NCBI GenBank assembly: GCA_017546805.1
Contig: JAFYRT010000032.1
Location: 13,574 to 77,573 of the forward strand
DNA from: Muribaculaceae bacterium
GTDB taxonomy: Bacteria; Bacteroidota; Bacteroidia; Bacteroidales; G3-4614
Direction of reading: 5' to 3'
Length of the DNA: 64,000 bases
Every line of letters starts with the position of its first letter. The first letter of the stretch is position 1. This document shows, in pieces, positions 1 through 8,081 of the stretch. Under the pieces are notes generated by a model that saw nothing but the letters and a program-made list of their open reading frames with translations, was not told the DNA's origin and searched no databases. A program made the position numbers and the translations under genes.

Positions 1-61
1 TGGTTTGAGATAGAACTAATTACTTAATTTTATTATATATTAACTAAACACATCTTAAAGA

Positions 62-2776
62 ATGAAGAGAGTTTATACCTTTGGTAACGGACAAGCAGAA
101 GGCCGTGCCGATATGAAAAATCTTCTTGGAGGTAAAGGTGCGAACCTTGCAGAGATGAACTTAATTGGAGTTCCTGTTCCTCCTGGTTTTACCATCACAA
201 CTGAAGTTTGTACTACTTACACAAAAGAGGGCAAAGAGGCAGTTGTTGCAATGATTAAAGAAGAGGTTGAGAATGCAATCGCTTATGTTGAGAGTCTAAT
301 GGGAACTAAATTCGGTGATCCTAAGAACCCACTATTGGTGTCAGTTCGTTCAGGAGCAAGAGTTTCAATGCCCGGTATGATGGATACAGTACTTAACCTT
401 GGTATTACTGAAGAGGTTGCTGAAGGTATCGCTGAGAAATCAGGCAATCCTCGTTTTGCATGGGACTCATACCGTCGTTTCGTACAAATGTACGGAGACG
501 TTGTTCTTGGAATGAAACCCAAAAGCAAAACAGACATCGATCCATTCGAGGAAGTAATGGACAAAGTTAAAGAGGCTAAAGGAGTAAAATTAGATACTGA
601 ACTTGACGTTGAAGATCTTAAAGAGTTGGTAAAACTTTTCAAGAGCGCAGTTAAAGAGAGGACAGGTAAAGATTTCCCCGACAATCCTTGGGAGCAACTT
701 TGGGGTGCTATCTGTGCAGTATTTGACAGCTGGATGAACGAGCGTGCTATCTACTACCGCCGTATGAACCAAATTCCTGAAGAATGGGGAACTGCTGTTA
801 ACGTACAAGCAATGGTATTCGGTAACATGGGTGAAACATCTGCTACAGGTGTTGCGTTTACTCGCGACGCTGCTACAGGTGAGGACATCTTCAATGGAGA
901 GTACCTAATCAACGCACAAGGTGAGGACGTTGTTGCAGGTATCCGTACTCCTCAACAAATCACTCTTGAGGGTTCACGCCGTTGGGCAAAACTTCAAGGA
1001 ATCAGCGAGGAAGAGCGTGCTGCTAAATATCCTTCACTTGAAGAGGCTATGCCTGTATGTGCTAAAGACCTTATTGAGACTCAACAAAAATTGGAAGATT
1101 ACTTTACAGATATGCAAGACCTTGAGTTTACTATCCAAGATGGTAAATTGTGGTTGTTACAAACTCGTAACGGTAAACGTACAGGTGCTGCCATGGTAAA
1201 AATTGCTATGGACATGCTTCGCGATGGACAAATCGACGAAAAAACTGTATTGAAACGTATGGAGCCTCAAAAACTTGATGAGTTGCTACACCCAATCTTT
1301 GACAAAGTAGCTCTTAAAGAGGCACAAGTAATGGCAAAAGGTCTTCCTGCATCTCCAGGTGCTGCATCTGGTCAAATCGTATTCTTCGCTGACGACGCAG
1401 AGGCTTGGGCAGAGAAACGTAAAAAAGTTATCCTTGTTCGTATCGAGACTTCTCCAGAGGACCTTCGCGGTATGAACGTAGCACAAGGTATCCTTACAGC
1501 TCGCGGTGGTATGACATCTCACGCTGCCGTAGTTGCTCGTGGTATGGGTAAATGCTGTGTATCTGGTGCAGGAGAAATTATTATCGACTACAAAGCTCGT
1601 ACAATTGAGATGAGCGGTAAAGTATACAAAGAGGGTGATTGGATTTCATTGAACGGATCTACAGGTGAAGTTTACGACGGTCAAGTAAGAACTGTTGAAG
1701 CTGACTTGAGCGGAGACTTCGGTGCTATCATGGATATCGCTGAGAAATTCACTCAAATGGATGTTCGTACAAACGCTGATACTCCTCGCGATGCTGAGGT
1801 TGCTCGTAAATTCGGTGCAAAAGGTATCGGTCTTTGCCGTACAGAGCACATGTTCTTCGAGGGAGATCGTATCAAAGCTATGCGTGAGATGATTCTTTCT
1901 AAAGACGAAGAGGGACGTCGCGAAGCACTTAAAAAACTTCTTCCAATGCAACGTCAAGACTTCTACGGAATCTTCAAAGCAATGGATGGATTTGGTGTTA
2001 CTATCCGTCTACTCGATCCTCCTCTACACGAATTCGTACCTCATCAATTAGCAACTCAAAAAGAGCTTGCAGAAGAGATGGGATTGACTATCGAAGAGGT
2101 TAAAAATGCAGTTGATGCTCTAGCAGAGTTCAACCCAATGCTTGGACACCGTGGTTGCCGTCTTGGATGTACTTATCCTGAGATTACAGAGATGCAAGCT
2201 CGCGCTATCATCGAGGCTGCTATGGACGCACAAGCAGAAGGTACAGTTGTAACTCCTGAGATTATGGTTCCTCTTGTAGGTTCTTTGAACGAGCTTAAAA
2301 TGCAAGCTGAGGTTATCACAGCTACAGCAGAGCAAGTATTTGCAGAGCGCGGAGCAAAAGTTGACTATAAGATCGGTACTATGATTGAGGTTCCTCGCGC
2401 AGCTCTTACAGCTGACGAGATTGCTAAAGTTGCAGACTTCTTCTCATTCGGTACTAACGACCTTACTCAAATGACATTCGGATTCTCTCGCGACGATGCT
2501 GGAAAATTCTTGAAAGTTTACCAAGAGAAAGGTATCTTGAAAAACGATCCATTCCAAATCTTAGACCAAGAGGGTGTTGGACAACTTGTTAAGATGGGTA
2601 CTGAAAAAGGACGTTCAACTAAGAGCCACTTGAAAGTTGGTATCTGTGGTGAGCACGGTGGTGAGCCTTCATCAGTTAAATTCTGTGCTTCACTTGGTAT
2701 GAACTATGTAAGCTGTAGCCCATTCCGCGTGCCTATCGCTCGCGTAGCGGCGGCTCAAGCTGCAGTTGAGAAATAA
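62..2776 (+). CDS. ppdK: pyruvate, phosphate dikinase
   Basis: 904-aa ORF. It has an N-terminal ATP-grasp-like region, the phosphohistidine swivel motif GGMTSHAAVVARGMG, and the C-terminal PEP/pyruvate-binding motif GICGEHGG. A hairpin plus T-run follows it. Confidence 0.95.
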   Translation: MKRVYTFGNGQAEGRADMKNLLGGKGANLAEMNLIGVPVPPGFTITTEVCTTYTKEGKEAVVAMIKEEVENAIAYVESLMGTKFGDPKNPLLVSVRSGARVSMPGMMDTVLNLGITEEVAEGIAEKSGNPRFAWDSYRRFVQMYGDVVLGMKPKSKTDIDPFEEVMDKVKEAKGVKLDTELDVEDLKELVKLFKSAVKERTGKDFPDNPWEQLWGAICAVFDSWMNERAIYYRRMNQIPEEWGTAVNVQAMVFGNMGETSATGVAFTRDAATGEDIFNGEYLINAQGEDVVAGIRTPQQITLEGSRRWAKLQGISEEERAAKYPSLEEAMPVCAKDLIETQQKLEDYFTDMQDLEFTIQDGKLWLLQTRNGKRTGAAMVKIAMDMLRDGQIDEKTVLKRMEPQKLDELLHPIFDKVALKEAQVMAKGLPASPGAASGQIVFFADDAEAWAEKRKKVILVRIETSPEDLRGMNVAQGILTARGGMTSHAAVVARGMGKCCVSGAGEIIIDYKARTIEMSGKVYKEGDWISLNGSTGEVYDGQVRTVEADLSGDFGAIMDIAEKFTQMDVRTNADTPRDAEVARKFGAKGIGLCRTEHMFFEGDRIKAMREMILSKDEEGRREALKKLLPMQRQDFYGIFKAMDGFGVTIRLLDPPLHEFVPHQLATQKELAEEMGLTIEEVKNAVDALAEFNPMLGHRGCRLGCTYPEITEMQARAIIEAAMDAQAEGTVVTPEIMVPLVGSLNELKMQAEVITATAEQVFAERGAKVDYKIGTMIEVPRAALTADEIAKVADFFSFGTNDLTQMTFGFSRDDAGKFLKVYQEKGILKNDPFQILDQEGVGQLVKMGTEKGRSTKSHLKVGICGEHGGEPSSVKFCASLGMNYVSCSPFRVPIARVAAAQAAVEK

Positions 2777-2801
2777 TAAACTCAAACTACAATAAACGCT
2801 A

Positions 2802-2832
2802 AGAGGTCGGTTTTCAACCGACCTCTTTTTTT
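2802..2832 (+). terminator. intrinsic terminator of ppdK
   Basis: Stem agaggtcggtt / aaccgacctct with a 3-nt loop, followed by tttttt. Confidence 0.8.
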
Positions 2833-2851
2833 ATGCAAGTGGATATATAAT

Positions 2852-2903
2852 TAAGAAAAAGAAAAACCGAAATTCAGATACAATAAATATCTAAATCTCG
2901 GTT
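2852..2903 (-). terminator. intrinsic terminator downstream of the FGE-family gene
   Basis: The minus strand reads aaccgagatttagata ... tatctgaatttcggtt (16-bp stem with one G-U pair), followed by a T-rich run (ttttcttttt). Confidence 0.65.
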
Positions 2904-2932
2904 TATGAAAGAACTATATTTATTCTAATTTT

Positions 2933-3727
2933 TTAAGGCATACAAACTACACGAAATCCTATTTTATTGTTAGTACAGGATGATATTTCATAGGCTCTAT
3001 AAGTTGCTCTACATTTTGGAGCATTATCGTTCCAACATCCACCTCTTAGTACTTTATAGTTTCCTACTTCACTTTTATATTCAGATTTATACTTCTTGAT
3101 ATATAAGATATAATTATCTACACACCATTCATATACGTTTCCACTCATATCATATAGACCTAATTTATTAGGTTTTTTCAAACCAACAGGATGAACCTCT
3201 CCTTCGCTATTTAAACTATACCATGCAACTTTATCTATATTAGATCCTCCACTATAACTTTTCGCAATTGTTTTTCCTTCAAGTGCGGCATATTCCCATT
3301 GTTCTTCTGTTGGTAATTGGTATTTTTTTCCTGTTAATTGGCTCAATTTTTCACAAAACAACACTGCATCATTCCAGCTAATATTGGTTATTGGGAAATC
3401 GCCACCCTCTTCTATTTTAATACCTCTATTCATTATTGCCTCCCATTGTTTTTGAGTAATCTCAAATGCAGCTATATAATATGGTTCCATATTTATTTCA
3501 GTAACAGGTCGCTCATCGCTATATCCTCCTTCCTCCGAAGTATTTCCCATTATAAACGGACCTCCTTTTACATAAACCATCTTCAAATTCAGATTTTTTA
3601 TATCTTCAACATAATTTTTCATTCCTTTGGGTAAGGAATCAACATCCTCATACCTATTCTTTTTCGCATGGACACTTAATATGACAATTGAAGACAACAT
3701 AAGTACAAAAAACAGAACATTTCTCAT
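2933..3727 (-). CDS. secreted formylglycine-generating-enzyme (SUMF1/FGE) family protein
   Basis: 264 aa with an N-terminal signal peptide (MRNVLFFVLMLSSIVILSVHA). FGE-sulfatase domain hallmarks are present: YDMSGNVYEWC and RGGCWNDNAPKCRATYR. Confidence 0.8.
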   Translation of the reverse strand: MRNVLFFVLMLSSIVILSVHAKKNRYEDVDSLPKGMKNYVEDIKNLNLKMVYVKGGPFIMGNTSEEGGYSDERPVTEINMEPYYIAAFEITQKQWEAIMNRGIKIEEGGDFPITNISWNDAVLFCEKLSQLTGKKYQLPTEEQWEYAALEGKTIAKSYSGGSNIDKVAWYSLNSEGEVHPVGLKKPNKLGLYDMSGNVYEWCVDNYILYIKKYKSEYKSEVGNYKVLRGGCWNDNAPKCRATYRAYEISSCTNNKIGFRVVCMP

Positions 3728-3789
3728 CGTTATTAAATTTTTATATTTCCCCTACTCTATTACAGATTTTCGGAATTCTCTGACAAAAC

Positions 3790-3940
3790 AAAAAAGGTGT
3801 GTTTCTGATTCTCATACCTTATATATAGATATAGTCACAGAAACACACCTCCGAAAATGGGGTGCATCCACTTGTGCCTTTTCTCTGCGTATATTTTGAA
3901 AGTTTGGTCGTTTTCGGTTACGAGAAATCAGCGATGCCTA
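3790..3940 (-). ncRNA. candidate structured small RNA, unit 1 (short paralog of unit 2)
   Basis: The minus strand has the 5' element GTAACCGAAAACGACCAA (plus-strand coords 3904-3921) enclosed by stem TTTCTC/GAGAAA. The 3' terminator is GGTGTGTTTCTG (3838-3849) / CAGAAACACACC (3796-3807) followed by T6. An imperfect -7-like box TAAATTTA lies at 3946-3953. The only ORF is a 10-codon remnant (MHPIFGGVFL). Confidence 0.4.
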
Positions 3941-4001
3941 ATATGTAAATTTAATCTTTATCTCCTTTTCTTTTTAATTAATAATTTTATTTTTTGACAA
4001 T

Positions 4002-4175
4002 AAAAAAGGTGCATTCCTACGCTCATTCTAAGTAACCGAGGTACGACCAAGCACCTAAACGCATTAAAACAAGCAAAAGGAATACACCCCAAATGGGCAT
4101 ACTCTTGTAATGCTTATTCGTTTGCGTTTGCTTAATTTGGTCGTTTTCGGCTACGAACGAATAGCTGTATTTAGT
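4002..4175 (-). ncRNA. candidate structured RNA or small mRNA, unit 2
   Basis: A -7 promoter box TATTTTTG lies at 4184-4191 (minus). The 5' element is GTAGCCGAAAACGACCAA (4137-4154), enclosed by stem TATTCGTT/AACGAATA. An internal segment TTGGTCGTACCTCGGTTAC (4032-4050) is complementary to that 5' element. A long-range terminator stem GGTGTATTCCT (4078-4088) / AGGAATGCACC (4008-4018) is followed by T6. Stem changes relative to unit 1 are compensatory. Confidence 0.45.
4023..4100 (-). CDS. possible 25-aa hydrophobic peptide inside unit 2 (MPIWGVFLLLVLMRLGAWSYLGYLE)
   Basis: ATG..TGA ORF, hand-translated. The N-terminus MPIWGVFL resembles the unit 1 remnant MHPIFGGVFL. The codons for AWSYLGY overlap the segment that pairs with the 5' element. 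There is no independent evidence of translation. Confidence 0.2.
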   Translation of the reverse strand: MPIWGVFLLLVLMRLGAWSYLGYLE

Positions 4176-4224
4176 ATATAATACAAAAATAATATTTATT
4201 TTTTTAATATCACTTTCTTTAGAT

Positions 4225-4256
4225 AAAAAAAAGGAGTCGCACTAATGTACGACTCC
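4225..4256 (-). terminator. intrinsic terminator after the phosphohexomutase / small membrane ORF
   Basis: Minus strand: ggagtcg tacattagtg cgactcc followed by T8. Confidence 0.75.
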
Positions 4257-4281
4257 TAAATATCTGTCCCTTTTATAAGGC

Positions 4282-4410
4282 TTATTTTACATTTTTAAGC
4301 CACTCAGGCAGTTTTTTTCTTCCGACAAAATAGTAGAATATCAATCCTAACCAACTTGTCAAAAGCAAAAGAATAATTGCTAATAGTTTTGCTATACCGG
4401 CAAGTGGCAT
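4282..4410 (-). CDS. small membrane protein, PLDc_N-like (PLD nuclease N-terminal domain family)
   Basis: Below the ORF-track cutoff; hand-translated as MPLAGIAKLLAIILLLLTSWLGLIFYYFVGRKKLPEWLKNVK. The hydrophobic helix followed by a Y..GR+K tail is typical of PLDc_N. The in-frame upstream sequence (IYIIGVVLCVKAIVEIWN) looks like the first helix of the domain but has no ATG/GTG/TTG, so the true start is uncertain. Confidence 0.45.
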   Translation of the reverse strand: MPLAGIAKLLAIILLLLTSWLGLIFYYFVGRKKLPEWLKNVK

Positions 4411-4508
4411 ATTCCAAATCTCAACTATTGCCTTAACACATAGGACTACTCCTATAATATAAATGCGAACATTTTTCTCTCTTTTTATTAGAAGTTAAAC
4501 TTTTTTAT

Positions 4509-6257
4509 TTATACTCCAAGAGAAGATGCAACAGCTTTAATTTTACCCTCTGCCGCAGCATTTACAGCTTCATACTCTGCAGGTGAAGACAATATACCAC
4601 GAACCTCAACATAGAACTTGATTTTTGGCTCTGTTCCTGAAGGACGTATTGATACTTTTGTTCCATCCTCAGTAAAGTATTGAATTACATTTGCTGTTGT
4701 TGGCATATCCAATACAAATGTTTCTCCTGCCAATATATCTGTTCCTTTTAATGTTGCAAAGTCTTTTATCAAAACAACTTTTGATCCTGCAATCTCTGAA
4801 ATTGGATTAGCACGGAAGTTTTTCATCATTGCCTCAATCTCCTCTGCTCCACTCTTACCTTTACGGACAACTGAGATTCCTTTCTCTTTTGAGAATCCAT
4901 ATTTCACATAGATGTCTTGTAACATCTCGTATACTGTTTTTCCATTCTCTTTAGCCCATGCTGCAGCCTCTGCCATCATTGGAATTGCAGATACGGCATC
5001 TTTGTCACGAACGAAGTCCTCTACCAAGAATCCGTAGCTCTCTTCTCCTCCTCCAATGTAACGCTCTTTTCCTTCAAGCTCACGAATTACTGCTGCAATC
5101 CATTTGAATCCTGTGTAGCAATCGTAACATTTAATATTGTTTTTGTCTGCGATGGTTTTAATCAACTCGCTTGTTACAATTGTTTTTACAATAAACTCGT
5201 TTCCTTTTAATGTTCCCATCTCACGAGAACGAGTCATTATATAGTTCAATAGTAGGATTGCTATTTGGTTTCCGTTTATAAGTACAAACTCTCCTTTATC
5301 GTTTTTAACAGCTACTCCAAGGCGGTCTGCATCTGGGTCTGATGCCATGATAATATCTGCATCAACCTCTTTACCTTTTTCTATCGCCATGTTCAATGCA
5401 GCAGGCTCCTCTGGGTTTGGAGATGCTACTGTTGGGAAGTTTCCGTCTGGAATGTCTTGCTCTGGCACGTTAATGATATTTGTAAATCCAAATGCACGTA
5501 GTGCTGCAGGAACCAATTTAACTCCTGTTCCGTGTATTGGAGTATAAACAATTTTCATATCGCTGTTGCGTGCAACCAAGTCGGGAGATAGAGAAAGTTC
5601 TTTTATTTTATTTACATAGATATCGTCAATCTCTTGTCCGATTACCTCAATTAATTCGGGATTTCCTTGGAATTTGATATCCTCAATTCCTGCAACTTTG
5701 TTTACCTCAGCAATTGTGTTTTTGTCGTGTGGAGATATCATTTGTGCTCCATCGTTCCAATATGCTTTGTATCCGTTATACTCTTTTGGATTGTGAGATG
5801 CGGTCAAGATAATACCGCTTTGGCATCCCAATTCACGAATTGCAAATGACATCTCAGGTGTTGGGCGCAATGACTCAAATAAATATACTTTGATTCCGTT
5901 TGCAGAGAAGATATCAGCAGAAATTTCAGCAAATTTACGGCTGTTGTTACGGCTATCATGTCCGATTACCACTTTAATTTGTGGCAATTCTGCAAACTCT
6001 TTTTTTAGGTAATTTGAAAGACCTTGTGTTGCAGCACCTACGGTATAGATATTCATACGGTTGGTTCCTACACCCATGATTCCACGCAAACCTCCTGTTC
6101 CAAACTCCAAATCACGATAGAAAGCATCTATCAACTCTGTTTTGTCCTCTTGCTCTAAAAGTCTTTTCACTTCGGCACGAGTCTCAGCGTCGTAACCTTC
6201 GCCCATCCATACTTGAGCTCTCTCTGTTACTTGTTTTAATAATTCGTCGTTTTGCAT
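4509..6257 (-). CDS. phosphoglucomutase/phosphomannomutase family phospho-sugar mutase
   Basis: 582 aa with the alpha-D-phosphohexomutase active-site serine loop TASHNPKEYNGYK and the Mg-binding loop SDPDADR. Confidence 0.9.
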   Translation of the reverse strand: MQNDELLKQVTERAQVWMGEGYDAETRAEVKRLLEQEDKTELIDAFYRDLEFGTGGLRGIMGVGTNRMNIYTVGAATQGLSNYLKKEFAELPQIKVVIGHDSRNNSRKFAEISADIFSANGIKVYLFESLRPTPEMSFAIRELGCQSGIILTASHNPKEYNGYKAYWNDGAQMISPHDKNTIAEVNKVAGIEDIKFQGNPELIEVIGQEIDDIYVNKIKELSLSPDLVARNSDMKIVYTPIHGTGVKLVPAALRAFGFTNIINVPEQDIPDGNFPTVASPNPEEPAALNMAIEKGKEVDADIIMASDPDADRLGVAVKNDKGEFVLINGNQIAILLLNYIMTRSREMGTLKGNEFIVKTIVTSELIKTIADKNNIKCYDCYTGFKWIAAVIRELEGKERYIGGGEESYGFLVEDFVRDKDAVSAIPMMAEAAAWAKENGKTVYEMLQDIYVKYGFSKEKGISVVRKGKSGAEEIEAMMKNFRANPISEIAGSKVVLIKDFATLKGTDILAGETFVLDMPTTANVIQYFTEDGTKVSIRPSGTEPKIKFYVEVRGILSSPAEYEAVNAAAEGKIKAVASSLGV

Positions 6258-6374
6258 ATATTTATTTTTTTAAGTTGTCCAATCCACAAATTTAAACATT
6301 TAATTTATATTTTGTTCTTTTTTAGTTCATTTTTTTCTTCTCAAATTGCTTATTTACCAATTGAGCAACAGTTC

Positions 6375-8066
6375 TTAATAACATAGCACTCCTTTATATT
6401 CCCTCTTATTCCCACAATTATCTATTGCAGTGAAAGTTATAGAATAGTTATTCCCTGAAGAATATTTTTGAGTATTTATCTTATATCGGGCTATTTTATC
6501 TTTTATATCGTATGTAAACAATACAAATTCGCCGTCAATCTCTCCTCTGAAATATCGTAATCCACTCTCTAAATCTTTTACAGTAAAACGCAACTCCCCA
6601 TTTATTATACCATGATACTTTATATGCGGTTTTTCTAAATCGGCTTTTACTACATATTGTCCAAAGTTTTGCACTTGTGTTGTAAGCCAACCCTCTTTAT
6701 ATGTTGATATATACTCTTTTGATACTTTACCTCTGTTTTTTCCTACACTGTTTATTGATGCAATATAGTATTTTGTCTTATCGGAAAGAGTATCTATATC
6801 TATCTTTATAGAGAGTCTGCACTTTTTATCTACTCCAAGATAATATGGCTCCATACTATGTATTTGTGAGTAATTACCTTTTAATATGGAGTCTGTTTTT
6901 ATGTATTGAGGTGCATAATCATCATATAAGGCATATGCAGGAATTGTGAATTTGAATTGATCTTCATCAACTATATATGATTGATTATATGGAACTTTTT
7001 CACACTCTAATATTGGCAAATCGCTCCTCTCTCCCTCTATTTCAAAAACGCATTCATCTTTATTGCCATAATAATCAGCAACCTCATATCTAAATTTATA
7101 TATTCGCTCCTCATCTATTGTTATAACTCCTCTATTCTTAACATCTTCCTCTTCATAGAAATTAAGGGTATTACCCTTTGCTATGTAACTTAACATAAAG
7201 AGGGAACGATTTTTTAACCACTCTTCACTATCTATATAACTGTTTATTTGGCGTCCTTTGTCAAACGATAGCGTATCAATATGAGATGAGTATATCAACT
7301 CGTCATCTTTATATAGCTTTACATAGTGTACTCCATATATATTGCTCATTCCATTCATATAGTCGAATGCCTTTAGTGCTAATATAATATCGCCCCACGC
7401 CTTTATCCTTGCAGATATTTTTTTATTGCCATTTTCTGTTGTTACACTCTTTATGGTCTTAGTATTGTTTGAGCTATTTACAACTCCATTATAAGGTATT
7501 ATGGCTACTGCTTTTATCTGAGGCGAACGCGTATCTGTCACCTTGTCCTTTATATATGTCAGCGGTTCAATGGGATTTTCGGATTGTGTATCACGAATTT
7601 CGAAATGAAGATGTGGTCCTCCACTACTTCCTCTATTTCCTGTATATGCAACAATTTCCCCCTTCTCTACCTTTAATTCGTTTGGAGAGAATGTAAGATT
7701 AACTGCATAATATTCCAAGTTGTTTTGTTGTTCGGTAACTATTTTTTCTATTTTAGGAGCATATGCATTAAGGTGAGCATAGACACTTGTTACTCCGGAA
7801 GGATGCGTTATATATAGAGCATTTCCATATCCCCCTGCATCTACCGATATTCGAGAGACATAACCTGAATCAACAGCATGGACAGGAGTTCCGATTGAAG
7901 CTCTAAAGTCTAATCCTGAATGAAAATGGTTTGTTCTTAACTCTCCAAAATTTCCTGTTAGTTGTAAACTTCTGTTTAATGGAGGTAATTGTTGTGCTAT
8001 ACATATACAATTTACTGCGCATAATATCATAATTATGCACAGTAAATATATCTTTTGTTTTATCAT
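6375..8066 (-). CDS. M23 family (LytM-type) metallopeptidase
   Basis: 563 aa with a signal peptide and the M23 zinc motifs HFHSGLDF and GGPHLHFEIR. Confidence 0.85.
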   Translation of the reverse strand: MIKQKIYLLCIIMILCAVNCICIAQQLPPLNRSLQLTGNFGELRTNHFHSGLDFRASIGTPVHAVDSGYVSRISVDAGGYGNALYITHPSGVTSVYAHLNAYAPKIEKIVTEQQNNLEYYAVNLTFSPNELKVEKGEIVAYTGNRGSSGGPHLHFEIRDTQSENPIEPLTYIKDKVTDTRSPQIKAVAIIPYNGVVNSSNNTKTIKSVTTENGNKKISARIKAWGDIILALKAFDYMNGMSNIYGVHYVKLYKDDELIYSSHIDTLSFDKGRQINSYIDSEEWLKNRSLFMLSYIAKGNTLNFYEEEDVKNRGVITIDEERIYKFRYEVADYYGNKDECVFEIEGERSDLPILECEKVPYNQSYIVDEDQFKFTIPAYALYDDYAPQYIKTDSILKGNYSQIHSMEPYYLGVDKKCRLSIKIDIDTLSDKTKYYIASINSVGKNRGKVSKEYISTYKEGWLTTQVQNFGQYVVKADLEKPHIKYHGIINGELRFTVKDLESGLRYFRGEIDGEFVLFTYDIKDKIARYKINTQKYSSGNNYSITFTAIDNCGNKREYKGVLCY

Positions 8067-8081
8067 ATTTCTATATTGATT

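Noticed and set aside
283-2335. Several 70-130-aa ORFs on the opposite strand or in other frames inside ppdK.
   Set aside because: They lie fully inside a high-confidence 904-aa gene. Their sequences are low-complexity and Ser/Leu-rich, typical of antisense translation, and they show no motifs.
3338-3899. 98-aa and 90-aa plus-strand ORFs across the FGE gene and candidate RNA unit 1.
   Set aside because: They are antisense to the FGE-family gene and to the terminator hairpin of unit 1, and they are low-complexity.
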